This document shows, piece by piece, positions 17,157 through 27,110 of a stretch of 64,000 bases of DNA (its first letter is position 1; each line of letters opens with the position of its first letter). Origin of the DNA: a virus. The stretch covers positions 47,152-111,151 of IMG/VR virus record IMGVR_UViG_3300038393_001027; one strand, written 5' to 3'. The notes under the pieces were generated by a model. It did no database searches and had not been told where the DNA came from. It worked only from the letters and a program-made list of their open reading frames with translations. The position numbers and the translations under genes are program-made.

Positions 17157-18608
17157 TTAGTTCGTGACCAGAACAGTCACGATGCCGGGACGAACAATCT
17201 CGCCGCTTGAGGTAAGAATGTCCGTGATTGGCGTCGTCAAGGTCACATTTTGAACAGCACCACGGCTAACACGGATGATCTCCGCTTTCAGCATCTCGGT
17301 GTACAGGTTCTCACCCAGCATGAAGGCGTTCAGGTAGTCAGTGACGCCTGCTTCGAGGGCATCAGCAGTCTGACCTTTGTCGTAGCCCTCCGCAACCACC
17401 ACGTTGGCGGTCACGTTAATAGCCCGAATGCTGGGCGCCCGCACGTTGACACTGATGCCGTGGCCCCGGTAGTCAGTCAGAGCGGTTTGTACCGCGCTCT
17501 TGAGGGTGGCGTCAGCCGTGGCGTTCACGTCTTGGATGTAAAGATCCACCCAGCCCGGCACAGGCGGGGCGAACAGGTGGTAGGCCTTGGGGACGATCGT
17601 GAAAGTGGTCGTCAGACGGTACCGCGCCCAGAAGCAAAAGACGTTGTTGACCTTGTTGGCCGCCCAGTCGCCGGGCACCGTGATGATCAGAGCGCCCGAA
17701 GTGGTGAACTTGGTCGTGTTGTCCGTGACCGTCAAAGCGGCCCAAGTGGTGCCGTTGTAGTACTCCCACACACCAGCCCCGCCTGTGCTGGCCTGCTGAA
17801 TCTGAAACCAGATCATGTTGAACTTGCTCAGTGCGCCAACGTAGAGTGCCTCACCGACACTTGTAGCGGCGATGTCCACGCCCGTTCCAAATGGCAGGTT
17901 GCACTCCCCAGAGACGTCCTGATAGGACCCTGCGCCGCTGATGAGGACCGTCAGGGCTGGGTTTTCGACCACTTCAGCCGCCACGACACCGGGTACCTGC
18001 ATGGCCGCCAGCTTCAGGGCGGCTGGGGTGCCTCGGCTGAATCCGGCCACATAGTCCTGAAAGCGCTTTTGTCGTTGCTCGCGGGTCTCAGTGTCCTTAC
18101 CGTTGATGACCGCCGCTGTGTTGGTCACCGCCTCAATTCCAGCAGGCTTCATCTTTAGCACACTGATGGCGCCCGCCTGTACGTTGTACTTTCCACCCAC
18201 AGCGACGGCCGTTGCCGTGGCTGTGATGCTGGTCGTACCAATCGCAAGGGTGACCGTGCTGTCAGTTTCGAACAGTACATCGTCGCTGGTTCCGATCAGG
18301 GTCCCGGCGGCGATGACGTAGTTCTGGGTGGCGTTGGTGCTCCGGCTGAACGTGACCGAAGTCGTCGCCTTGCGGCCCGGATCGGCTGGGAAGTTGAAGG
18401 CGTTGTAGATGGCGTCCTCGATGGCATCCTTAATGGCCTTGTGGACTTTGTGGTAGAGGGTCGCCACAACGCCGCTTACTGCCCGCAGGATGCTCCGAGT
18501 ACTGGATCCTTCGGTGAAGTCGTTGATCTTGTCGGTGTTGCCGGAAACCGTGTCTACCATGGTTTGCAGTAGCTCAGCTTCCGTCTGCGGCTTAAAATCC
18601 ATCATCAT
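17157..18608 (-). CDS. baseplate J-like wedge protein with an inserted beta domain
   Basis: DFTEGS..RSIL, ATTSVTFSR, G.YNV.AG.I, GKDTET...R.RF, PGWVDLYI. Confidence 0.9.
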   Translation of the reverse strand: MMMDFKPQTEAELLQTMVDTVSGNTDKINDFTEGSSTRSILRAVSGVVATLYHKVHKAIKDAIEDAIYNAFNFPADPGRKATTSVTFSRSTNATQNYVIAAGTLIGTSDDVLFETDSTVTLAIGTTSITATATAVAVGGKYNVQAGAISVLKMKPAGIEAVTNTAAVINGKDTETREQRQKRFQDYVAGFSRGTPAALKLAAMQVPGVVAAEVVENPALTVLISGAGSYQDVSGECNLPFGTGVDIAATSVGEALYVGALSKFNMIWFQIQQASTGGAGVWEYYNGTTWAALTVTDNTTKFTTSGALIITVPGDWAANKVNNVFCFWARYRLTTTFTIVPKAYHLFAPPVPGWVDLYIQDVNATADATLKSAVQTALTDYRGHGISVNVRAPSIRAINVTANVVVAEGYDKGQTADALEAGVTDYLNAFMLGENLYTEMLKAEIIRVSRGAVQNVTLTTPITDILTSSGEIVRPGIVTVLVTN

Positions 18609-18617
18609 GTCACCTCC

Positions 18618-20153
18618 TTAAATAGAGAAGCGGAGTGCGTCGGGTTCATCCCGCCCTACCAAGGTGACAAGAGCCTCAACTTCGAGCACTGTTCCTGTCT
18701 GGGTAAGGGCTGTGACCTGCGCTGAGGCAACACGTGGGTCGGCCTGCAGGGTGTTGATGATCTCCAGTTCGATCAGCTTCGTGATGAATGGGAGATTCTT
18801 TCCTACATAGCTGTCCAAATTTGAGCCATAGGTAGGGTGCTGTGGGATCTCGCCCTTTGCCGTCGCCAGCCGATTCTGAAGCGCCTGCGCGATGTTGGCA
18901 AGACCAGCACAAGTGGCGATGTCAGCGTTGGCAAGCAGATTCGCCCCCAACTCGCCGTCATCCTGCAAGAACAGGTCACGGCCCCCCAACAGAATGAGAT
19001 AATCGTCCTCGTTCTGCATGATGGTCACGGCGTCATCAATCGGAATGACGATCGTCTCACCAACGAGCTTAACCGCCCAGATGCGGCCGTTCGTGAGGTC
19101 ATCGGGGTTTGTCACCATGTCGATGATGGTAGCTGTGAAGGCATTGATGACCACATCGACCTTGATAAAGTCGGTATAGATCGTGCTGGCGATGGTGCCG
19201 TTGCTGGGGTACGTGGCATGGGCGAGGAGGTGAACGAAGCCGTTAGCGTCGATGTAGTCCGTGATGGGCAACGGGGCGAACGAGAGCGACGACGCCGCCG
19301 ATGTCGAGTTGGACCAGTTGCGAGTCCACGCGCTCACAGACGCCTTCCAAGCACCCAACGTCGCTCCGTTCGTACTCACCCCGCCGTTGCTACCAACGCC
19401 GTAGCCCACCCACGTTACGGTAATCGACTTCAGCGCCGCCTTCAACTCCGTCGCCGTCCACGACTTGGGGATCAGGCCCCGGTTCTTCAGGTCGTTGAGG
19501 AGGTCGAAGGAGTAAATATAGCTGGAAAAGGACCCACTGGATGTGGTTCCAGCGTTACCGTCGTTACTACCGTCTTGCACGCTTAGAGCGTTATAGCCAG
19601 ATTGCGGCTCTTCTGTGCCTGCGCCCGGTGCAGGTGGGGATGCTGTCCAGTAGGCACGCCTTGCCACATGTGGCACATCGGACGTCTGCCCCGCAGTCTT
19701 CCCTGCGAACGTCATCGACGGTGCCACCGTCTCCGGGTAGGTCTTCACAAGTGGGATGGGCAGAACCGTGATCATGTCAGCGGCCACGTTGCCAAAGGTA
19801 CCTGCGTCAAGGCAGGTCACTCCAGCGTTGACACTGCTCGCACCACTCGTCAACGTAACGGTTGTGTCCGTCGTGTAACGGCGCTGGATGCCGAAGGGAT
19901 CAACGGGCGTTGCGACAATCGTCCCTGCCGGGATGTCAAAAGAGCCGGGCACGCCAGTCTTGCGAGTGAAGGTCACAGTGCCGCTGGCCGGAATCTCCCG
20001 CTGGAAATTGACGTCTTCAGGCACGAAATAGGGCGCCTCAAGCTGGTTCGCATCGACGATGCGCGGCCAGAGCGCGGCGTCCCGGTACATCGCAAGGGCG
20101 ATGCGCTGTGGGGTATCCCCCTGCTGAACACGGTACTCCTTGAAAGAGGCCAT
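18618..20153 (-). CDS. LysM plus gp25-like baseplate protein with inserted domains
   Basis: N-terminal YRVQQGDT..IA...Y (LysM); C-terminal NIAQAL.NRL.T.KGE...HPTYGS...DPRV (gp25). Confidence 0.85.
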   Translation of the reverse strand: MASFKEYRVQQGDTPQRIALAMYRDAALWPRIVDANQLEAPYFVPEDVNFQREIPASGTVTFTRKTGVPGSFDIPAGTIVATPVDPFGIQRRYTTDTTVTLTSGASSVNAGVTCLDAGTFGNVAADMITVLPIPLVKTYPETVAPSMTFAGKTAGQTSDVPHVARRAYWTASPPAPGAGTEEPQSGYNALSVQDGSNDGNAGTTSSGSFSSYIYSFDLLNDLKNRGLIPKSWTATELKAALKSITVTWVGYGVGSNGGVSTNGATLGAWKASVSAWTRNWSNSTSAASSLSFAPLPITDYIDANGFVHLLAHATYPSNGTIASTIYTDFIKVDVVINAFTATIIDMVTNPDDLTNGRIWAVKLVGETIVIPIDDAVTIMQNEDDYLILLGGRDLFLQDDGELGANLLANADIATCAGLANIAQALQNRLATAKGEIPQHPTYGSNLDSYVGKNLPFITKLIELEIINTLQADPRVASAQVTALTQTGTVLEVEALVTLVGRDEPDALRFSI

Positions 20154-20168
20154 CGGGGACACCCCCAG

Positions 20169-21191
20169 CTACATGATGGTGCGGAACAGATTCACATAGG
20201 GCTGGAGAATACCAGTAGCCTGCACAGCGTCCTGCAAGAAGCTGATGAAGCTGATAGGCTTTACCTGAAGATTCTCCAGTGCTGTTAGAAGGCTTCGACA
20301 GGCTGAAATTAAATCCTGCGCGGCAGTCAGCCGCAAGTTGATCGTGGCGTTCGCCCCATCCAGATAAGGCTTCAGGGCGCCCAGCAACTGGTCCTGCAGG
20401 ACCAGTACGGACTGCATCTGGCTGTTCAGGGCGTTTGTACCGGGGTAGTTCGTCTCGTTGAAGAGTTCGGGCTGGGTCACGTTGTCCACATGGGCGGCTA
20501 CGGTGGTACTGGTAGAGCGCCACGTCGCCCGCCATGCCGTTAGGGTTGCAAACCGGGCGCCCAGTTCAGACCGCAGTAGCTGATTGGCCGTCAGCAGGTC
20601 ATCGTAGGCACGCTTCACCTGCATCCCGGCGTTCTGCTGGGTAGACGTGATGGGATCTCGCTGAGCCAACGTCGCCGCATGGTTTTGCGCCTCAGCCGTG
20701 CTGACGGGCGCATCCAGCTTACGCAGACCTAGAAGGCGGATGGTGTACCGATAGAGGAGAGGTTTGGACACGTTCCGCTGAAGATCGAACTGAGTTGGGA
20801 AGACCTCCCAAAACTCAGCATCTTCCCACTGGTAGAGGAACATCTGCCAGTGATCGTCGCCCAGCGGCCCGTCACTGAAGAACTTCCGGAAGACTTCCCG
20901 GCGCAGGGTATGGAAGCGCTCGTAGCCGTCCACCTGACCGCCGCCGGGTAAAGTCTTCACGTTGAAGCCAGTCGTACCGCTGAAGCTGATCTCAGGCAAC
21001 CCCAGCCCAAACTTATTGACGTAGGCCGATGTAAGCGTCTGCGTGACGGGCGCCCGTGGCTTCTCGGACTGTGTGAGGTCTTCAGGATTCAAGATGAAGG
21101 TGTAGAAGCTCACAAAAGCCCCGTTCTTGCGCAGTTCGATGGAGATATGGCGGATGGCACGCGCGGCTTCGGACTGGGCGCTTTGCGGCAT
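20169..21191 (-). CDS. baseplate hub or tail tube initiator protein
   Basis: F.LNPE...P...VTQT, ISFSGTTG, RNVSKPLLYRY as in SPO1/Twort-like hub proteins. Confidence 0.75.
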   Translation of the reverse strand: MPQSAQSEAARAIRHISIELRKNGAFVSFYTFILNPEDLTQSEKPRAPVTQTLTSAYVNKFGLGLPEISFSGTTGFNVKTLPGGGQVDGYERFHTLRREVFRKFFSDGPLGDDHWQMFLYQWEDAEFWEVFPTQFDLQRNVSKPLLYRYTIRLLGLRKLDAPVSTAEAQNHAATLAQRDPITSTQQNAGMQVKRAYDDLLTANQLLRSELGARFATLTAWRATWRSTSTTVAAHVDNVTQPELFNETNYPGTNALNSQMQSVLVLQDQLLGALKPYLDGANATINLRLTAAQDLISACRSLLTALENLQVKPISFISFLQDAVQATGILQPYVNLFRTIM

Positions 21192-21204
21192 CTGGGGTCA
21201 CCTC

Positions 21205-21624
21205 CTAGCTGTACAAAATGGATCCGCCGGGACCGGGGATCAGCCGGATGTTCCCGGCGGCGTCCATGATGATCTGGGCACCGCTGGTGGGATGCTTAAC
21301 CGTCAGGGTGTTGCTCTCCCACTGCGTGAAGTCAGCCAGCCCCAGCGCCGGACCCCAGCCCATGACGGGTCCCAAGACAACTGGACTGTCCTTCACCCCG
21401 TCGATGAAGCCTACGACGACGTGTTGGCCTTCCTTATAGGGACATGCCGTCCCGGCCCCCATGACCAGCGCCGGGTTTGGTACTGACCCGTCAGCGGTTT
21501 TGACTTCAATCCGCTTGGTCAGGGCGAAGTCGCTCGTAGAGGTGACCCGACACAGCTTCAGGTCCCGCGCCATGGGTGACTGAAGCGGTCGGGGATATCC
21601 AAGCCCACTTTGTGGTGTGAACAC
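21205..21624 (-). CDS. baseplate central spike (gpV-like, short)
   Basis: OB-fold GQHVVVGFIDG...PVVLG followed by a short beta-helix segment (HPTSGAQIIMDAAGNI). Confidence 0.75.
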   Translation of the reverse strand: MFTPQSGLGYPRPLQSPMARDLKLCRVTSTSDFALTKRIEVKTADGSVPNPALVMGAGTACPYKEGQHVVVGFIDGVKDSPVVLGPVMGWGPALGLADFTQWESNTLTVKHPTSGAQIIMDAAGNIRLIPGPGGSILYS

Positions 21625-21628
21625 AGTA

Positions 21629-22987
21629 TCAATGCCCCCTCGTCAGGGTCAAACTGGTCGTGAACTCTCCAAGCACGGGGAAGCTGTGCGACACACCTTC
21701 AAGGTAGTAGGCTCGCTTGCGCCACGGCAGGTCCACCCGCTGGCCGATACGGTATTTACCGTTGCCCCGGACTCGGAGCGTGCCTGACTCATGCTTCTCG
21801 TTTTCACCGTACCACGCCTGCAGACGGGTCTGTAGGGTCTGGGCGTACTGGATGGCCTTGGTGACGGTCTCATCGGTCGTCTCCAGCGCCCGGATTGGTA
21901 CTTCCATCACCTTGACGCCATAGCGCCTTCGGTACTCCTCAGGTGCCTTCAGGGGCGGCACGAGGTTCTTCCAGTCCTCATCCATGGGGATTTTGAGGGT
22001 GGGATTCACTGAGAAGACCGATGACACCTCATGATCGTTCTTACCAAGGGCGTACTCCATGACTTCAGCACGATCGATGGTGTGTCCTGAGCGCTTCAGG
22101 GCCTCCCATGCGGCTGTGTCAAAGGGCGTCGGGCGCAAGAACACCCCAACGTTTGCGTCGCTGAAGACGAAGGTCGGCCCGCTGGTGTGCTCAACGGGAC
22201 CAGAGACGGCTACAACGGAGTCAAAAGCGATGGTCTCCCGCACGTCAACGAAAAGCTCGTTGAATGGGCGGTTTACGATGCCCTCCATGAAGTTCCAGAC
22301 CGGGCCTTCGAAGCTGAACAGGCCGGGTGTGAAGGGGATCAGTTCCTTTGTAGAAGCCAGCGAGTACCGCATGAGCCTCTCCAGACCCACCTTAGCCGTC
22401 GTCGTGCCGCTGTAGGCTGTGAACTCCAGCTTCATCAAGGTCTTGCAGAGCAGATCCCGGATGGCCCACTCGATCAGGTACGCTGGGGACCCGCTGGGAC
22501 CCTTCTGTCGGATCAGTTCCTGCTCGTTCTGCAGGATGGACTCAGGGTCGGTTGGGAACCACTTCTGCACGGCCTCCAGCAGAATTTTGCCGAAGTCACG
22601 TCCCTGAATCTGGATGACCCGCCCAGCGCCAACGCTCATCGTGTCCTGTACGTTGTCGATAAGGCCAATCATGACCACCCGGTCTTTCCCGTCCGTACTG
22701 GTCGGGTTGGCCGGATCGAACATCTGCATGCGGATGACCACCAGATCCATGGGGTTCAGGCGATCGTACCATGTCAGCCCATCCGGCCCAGTGCGTCCGT
22801 TCAGCGCTACGTTGAAGGTCCCAGCCGGGGCGGCCAGCGTCTTGCTAACGCTGGCCTGCAGGATGTCCTCCCGAAGTAGGGCTTCCCAGCTGTCTACCTC
22901 AAGCCGTGTTGCCCTGTAGTGGGCTGTCGGTGTGTGAAACTCCACGATGAGACGGGGCCTGAAGACCTTAACACCCGGTAACGACAT
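21629..22987 (-). CDS. baseplate hub protein (T4 gp27-like)
   Basis: PAGTF.V.L, IQGRDFGKIL, PFNELFVD, GTLRVRG..KYRIG, YYLEGVSHSF, TSLTLTRG. Confidence 0.85.
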   Translation of the reverse strand: MSLPGVKVFRPRLIVEFHTPTAHYRATRLEVDSWEALLREDILQASVSKTLAAPAGTFNVALNGRTGPDGLTWYDRLNPMDLVVIRMQMFDPANPTSTDGKDRVVMIGLIDNVQDTMSVGAGRVIQIQGRDFGKILLEAVQKWFPTDPESILQNEQELIRQKGPSGSPAYLIEWAIRDLLCKTLMKLEFTAYSGTTTAKVGLERLMRYSLASTKELIPFTPGLFSFEGPVWNFMEGIVNRPFNELFVDVRETIAFDSVVAVSGPVEHTSGPTFVFSDANVGVFLRPTPFDTAAWEALKRSGHTIDRAEVMEYALGKNDHEVSSVFSVNPTLKIPMDEDWKNLVPPLKAPEEYRRRYGVKVMEVPIRALETTDETVTKAIQYAQTLQTRLQAWYGENEKHESGTLRVRGNGKYRIGQRVDLPWRKRAYYLEGVSHSFPVLGEFTTSLTLTRGH

Positions 22988-23000
22988 CGATGCTCACCCC

Positions 23001-26000
23001 TTACCACTGGGACGCTTGGGCACCAGACCGGGGTCCGGTAAAGGTCTCCTCGTACTTGGCCTGCTCCATGGTCCGGCGTACTTCTTCACGGAGCCTGCGC
23101 TCCAACAGGGCTTCGGCGCGGGGGTCCATCTCCTTGCCGTCCACCTTCACGTTGATGGTTGCCGTTCCGCTGATGGTCACAGCCCGCTCACCCGCTCGGT
23201 AAGCCTGCTGGGCCTTGTACATAGCGTCAGCCAACTGCTCTTCATCGATGGTCAGCTTGCGCATTTCGGGGACCGCTGGACCAATAACCCCAGTGGCGTT
23301 GAAGACCTCCTGATCACGGGCAAGACGGTCCCTATCCCATGTCCAGCCCTTTGGCATGTCGCTGGCATCCACCTTGTAGGCGTCACCGGGGTTGAAGAAC
23401 AGCTTGCTGGGGTCGCCGCCCATGGTCTCCAAGATGTCCCGCACGCCCTTGGACCAGTTGGGGTCCTGCGCATAACGCTTGTTGACGAAGGCGAGGAAGT
23501 CTCCGTACTGGGCCTGTTGCTCCTTGGTCATCTGGTTCCACTTGGTCTGCTCGTCCTTGATCAGGTTGACGGCCAGCAGGAGGTCTTCTGCCCAGACCGG
23601 GTTGGCCCCGTGACCGCCATCGCTGGCCGCCGTCACGCTCAGGTACTTCCCTTGGCTGTGATACTGGGCCAGTCGGGTGGGCGAAAGGGTGTTGAAGGAT
23701 CCAGTGCCTTCGTGCTGAAGGATGGCAAGCAGAAGCTTGGGGTCGATGCCGCTTGACAGGGCCATGTTGTTCAGATCGTCCAGCTTCTTGGCCGTAAAGC
23801 CGAACAGGTCCGAGTTGGCAAGCGTCATCCGGTTGGCGATGAAGCCTGTACCGCCGTTGGAAAAGAGCTTGCTGTTCCGCAGTTGCTCCTGATTCACGTA
23901 GAACTGGTTCTGCTGAAGGCCTGCTGTGAAGGCGCCCGGCGGCAGGAAGGCCTCCAGATGCCCGGCGATGATGTCGTCCAGCCCGTTCTGGCGCAGGTAG
24001 CTCAGCGGGTCGTCTGTCCCAAAGAGGGTGTTTGACCCCTTCATGATGTTGTAGCGGGCCTGCGACATCATGGCCTCTTGGAAGTTCTTGAGCGCTTGCT
24101 CCTGCGGCGCCGACTCAATCCCCTTGATGTCGCCTGTAAACAGCCCCTGCATCATTTGCAGTTGCTCGAAGAGCTTCATGTCTGGGGACCCGTCTGCACC
24201 GCCGAAGCCCCGTAGCATCCCCACGTCATCCTTCAGGTTGAACCAACCCTTGGCGCCCTTGCGGATGCGGGTCATTTCGGCCGCTTCGTCCATCTTGTTG
24301 GCCGCATAGAGACCAACACCTGCGATGGCGAGCGGCGCGGCTACAGCCGCCGCCGTACCCAGACCCGCTACTGAAGCGCCACCGCCTGTCAGTGCACCCC
24401 AAATCCCGGTGCCAGCCGCCCGGCCGCCTGCCCAAACGGCCTGCCCGCCAGCGATGCCCAGCATGTTGGTAAGCCAATTCCCGCCGCCACCACCACCTAC
24501 CCCGCCGCCGGGGGCGCCCGGCATACCCGGCGCACCGGGGGCGCCCGGCATACCACCGCCACCGCCGCCCATGGGCATGTTCCAGAGCGCCGCACCAGCG
24601 GCCATACCGCCGATGGCAAGCGTCGGATGGGCGATTCCCCAGTCAACCACGTCCTGCAGGACCTTCTGCAGGTCACTCAGGCTTGGAATGAGCTTGTCGC
24701 CCACCAAGGTCTGCAGTTCGTCCGTCCGGGCATCCAGCAGGTAAAGCTGGCCGCCCTGACTCTGGGTCCAGTTATCCACCTTGGAGTCGATCCGGCCGCC
24801 GTCCATGTCAAGGGCGCCCCGGATAGCGTCCAGACTATTGAAGTCCACTCCCATCAGGGCCTTCCCCTGCTTGACGCTCAGGCCGGGGAAGAAGCCACGC
24901 AGGGCGAGAAGCATCTGCTCCTCATCACCGCCGTAGTTCCCCCGGATGTACTTCATGGCATCCCGCAGGTTCTCCGGCGAAGCGCCGTCCTCCAGTCGGT
25001 TCACAGCCCCGAAGTAGGATTGGCCTTTGCCCCAGCCAAATGCGGTCAGAAGACCGTGCTCAACTGCTGGATTTGACGGGGAAGCGATCGACTGGTCCAG
25101 CATCGACAGGAACTGGGCGCCACGGGCGCCCCGGAAGCCCTCCAACCCGGTCTGGTTGAAGAGGGTCTGCACTGCCATCAGCCCGGTGCTGTCCAGTAAA
25201 CCGGGGTTGCGCCCGGCCCACTTCTCCAGAATCTGCGCCGTGGCCTCCATGGCTTCGACAGCGCGGCCCTGCATTTTCGAGCGGTCAAGGTAGCTGGCCG
25301 TGACTTCCGCGTACTTCTGCAGGTTCTGGGGGCCGTAACCGAAGGCGCCCTGCTGGTAGGAACGGCCGAAGAACTGGGACGTCTCGCCGCCTTCCAGACC
25401 GAAAGCGCGGGTAAAGCGCTCGGTTGCTTTCAGGCTGTCAGCTTCGGTATAGCCCATCAGGGCCTGCATGGTGCTCGCCATGCCCATGGACTCCAGACCC
25501 TTGAAGCCCAACGGGTATCCGGACTTATAGAGGCTTTCCCGCAGGGCGTCAAAGTTCTCAGGGGAGCGCATGTTCTCCCGAATGCCCAAGTCGGCGGCCA
25601 TCTTGTGCAGATTGGCTGACGTGTTCAAACCAGTCTGCAGGTGCTGGTAGGCGCTGTAGGCACCCAGCAGACCCAGCGCCTGCCCGCCGTAGCGCTTCAT
25701 CCAGTCCGGCATCCAGCTTGTGAGGGCACCGCCCAGCGTCTGCCGGGGGCCGGGGCGCCCGGCGGCGCCCTTCGACTGGGCTTCTTCACCTTCCTTGAAG
25801 CCACCGATCCGGTCTTGCTGATGGCCCAGCATCGCCTTCAAGCGGTCGATTTCCTTCTTGTAGGCGGCGGCCAGATCGTCGTTGTTGTTCATGCGCTGAG
25901 CCAGCGCATCAATCTGGCTTTCCTTCTTCTGAATCATGATTTCCTGCCCGCCAACTTTATGGAGCTTCTGGATGTCGTCGGTCAGGTGGTCAATCTGGTT

Positions 26001-26252
26001 CTGGAACTTGTTGGCCCGGCCTGTGGCGGCATCGAAGAGTCGGGTGAGTTTTCCGATCTCCTGATTCAGACCGTCGATGTGGTGCTTGGCCTCGCGCATG
26101 TCCTTGGGGTCGATGATGCCACCGCCCCGGATGCCCTTCACGGACAACGAGTTTAGGCGACGTAGACCTCCTTCTACGTCGCCTACCATGCGCTTAAAGT
26201 CGCCCGTCTCAGTCTGGGCGTGAACCCGGATGCCTAGCTCCTTGATGCTCAT
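23001..26252 (-). CDS. tape measure protein with C-terminal lysozyme-like domain
   Basis: 1083 aa, helical and Gly-rich; follows the chaperones; GIDPKLLLAILQHEG and RYAQDPNW motifs. Confidence 0.85.
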   Translation of the reverse strand: MSIKELGIRVHAQTETGDFKRMVGDVEGGLRRLNSLSVKGIRGGGIIDPKDMREAKHHIDGLNQEIGKLTRLFDAATGRANKFQNQIDHLTDDIQKLHKVGGQEIMIQKKESQIDALAQRMNNNDDLAAAYKKEIDRLKAMLGHQQDRIGGFKEGEEAQSKGAAGRPGPRQTLGGALTSWMPDWMKRYGGQALGLLGAYSAYQHLQTGLNTSANLHKMAADLGIRENMRSPENFDALRESLYKSGYPLGFKGLESMGMASTMQALMGYTEADSLKATERFTRAFGLEGGETSQFFGRSYQQGAFGYGPQNLQKYAEVTASYLDRSKMQGRAVEAMEATAQILEKWAGRNPGLLDSTGLMAVQTLFNQTGLEGFRGARGAQFLSMLDQSIASPSNPAVEHGLLTAFGWGKGQSYFGAVNRLEDGASPENLRDAMKYIRGNYGGDEEQMLLALRGFFPGLSVKQGKALMGVDFNSLDAIRGALDMDGGRIDSKVDNWTQSQGGQLYLLDARTDELQTLVGDKLIPSLSDLQKVLQDVVDWGIAHPTLAIGGMAAGAALWNMPMGGGGGGMPGAPGAPGMPGAPGGGVGGGGGGNWLTNMLGIAGGQAVWAGGRAAGTGIWGALTGGGASVAGLGTAAAVAAPLAIAGVGLYAANKMDEAAEMTRIRKGAKGWFNLKDDVGMLRGFGGADGSPDMKLFEQLQMMQGLFTGDIKGIESAPQEQALKNFQEAMMSQARYNIMKGSNTLFGTDDPLSYLRQNGLDDIIAGHLEAFLPPGAFTAGLQQNQFYVNQEQLRNSKLFSNGGTGFIANRMTLANSDLFGFTAKKLDDLNNMALSSGIDPKLLLAILQHEGTGSFNTLSPTRLAQYHSQGKYLSVTAASDGGHGANPVWAEDLLLAVNLIKDEQTKWNQMTKEQQAQYGDFLAFVNKRYAQDPNWSKGVRDILETMGGDPSKLFFNPGDAYKVDASDMPKGWTWDRDRLARDQEVFNATGVIGPAVPEMRKLTIDEEQLADAMYKAQQAYRAGERAVTISGTATINVKVDGKEMDPRAEALLERRLREEVRRTMEQAKYEETFTGPRSGAQASQW

Positions 26253-26641
26253 GGCTCGTCATCCCCCTCGATTTCCACGTCTTCCCAGTTTTCCTGAGAT
26301 GGGGGTGATGCGGGCGCCTCCGTGTGCTCCATCCCCTCCAAAATAGCCCGCCGGATGGCCGCCGCCTTCTCCTTGGCGGCCTCATACTCAGCTATTGTGG
26401 GTTGTGCAGACTCCGGCGAAACCTCGCTCGCCTCGTTATCCAGTTCCTGTTCAGCTTCTGCGTAGTTGGGGTCTCGGTAGGCCTCTTCCTTCTTCACCAG
26501 ATGGGGGTTGGCAAGCTTGAAGTTCTCCCACTCCAACTCGATCTGAAGGTCGGTGGTATTCAGGTAGCGCTCATCGGTCGGTGCCAGCTTGTATTGCTGG
26601 CGGTACCAATAGCGCAGACGTTCACTGGGAAGTTCCGCCAC
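26249..26641 (-). CDS. tail assembly chaperone C-terminal extension (probably reached by +1 frameshift)
   Basis: No RBS; +1 frame is open from ACC TTT CGC at 26678-26670; RYWYRQQYKLAPTDERY. Confidence 0.75.
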   Translation of the reverse strand: MAELPSERLRYWYRQQYKLAPTDERYLNTTDLQIELEWENFKLANPHLVKKEEAYRDPNYAEAEQELDNEASEVSPESAQPTIAEYEAAKEKAAAIRRAILEGMEHTEAPASPPSQENWEDVEIEGDDEP

Positions 26642-27047
26642 CTTCGGGAGCAGGCTTCGCGCCTGCGCGGCGAAAGGTGTTCTTGGTCACAACGAAGATC
26701 CGCCACAGGTGGACGATGGCGTCCGGATCCTCGCACTCCAGCGGCTTAAGCGCCCACTTCGGGGCGTCCTCCCGGACCATCAGCATGTCGATCGTGACAA
26801 CAGCTTCGGCCAGATCGGTGATGAACGGCGGGATCAAGGCTGGATCAACCTGACCCACAGCGAAGTTCTGTTGCAGGTGCTTTGCCGTCCGAACGCCAAT
26901 CAGGATCATGTCCTGCGTTTTCGGTACCCGGAACTGGAACGAGCCCTTGTACTCCTGACCGCTCATGCTCTCATAGTTGAAGTTGAATGCGATGGTGTTC
27001 TGGTCGCCAGCCGCTACCTTGGCCTGCATCTCACGGGCCTCATCCAT
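26622..27047 (-). CDS. tail assembly chaperone
   Basis: Between tube and tape measure genes; AAGGAGG RBS. Confidence 0.8.
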   Translation of the reverse strand: MDEAREMQAKVAAGDQNTIAFNFNYESMSGQEYKGSFQFRVPKTQDMILIGVRTAKHLQQNFAVGQVDPALIPPFITDLAEAVVTIDMLMVREDAPKWALKPLECEDPDAIVHLWRIFVVTKNTFRRAGAKPAPEGGGTSQ

Positions 27048-27071
27048 GGTTGTAGCCTCCTTCTAAGTGGG

Positions 27072-27103
27072 AAAAAGGGGCCGGGGCGTCAATCCCCGGC
27101 CCC
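27072..27103 (-). terminator. intrinsic terminator after the tail tube gene
   Basis: GGGGCCGGGG/CCCCGGCCCC stem followed by T5 on the minus strand. Confidence 0.75.
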
Positions 27104-27110
27104 ACAGTTC

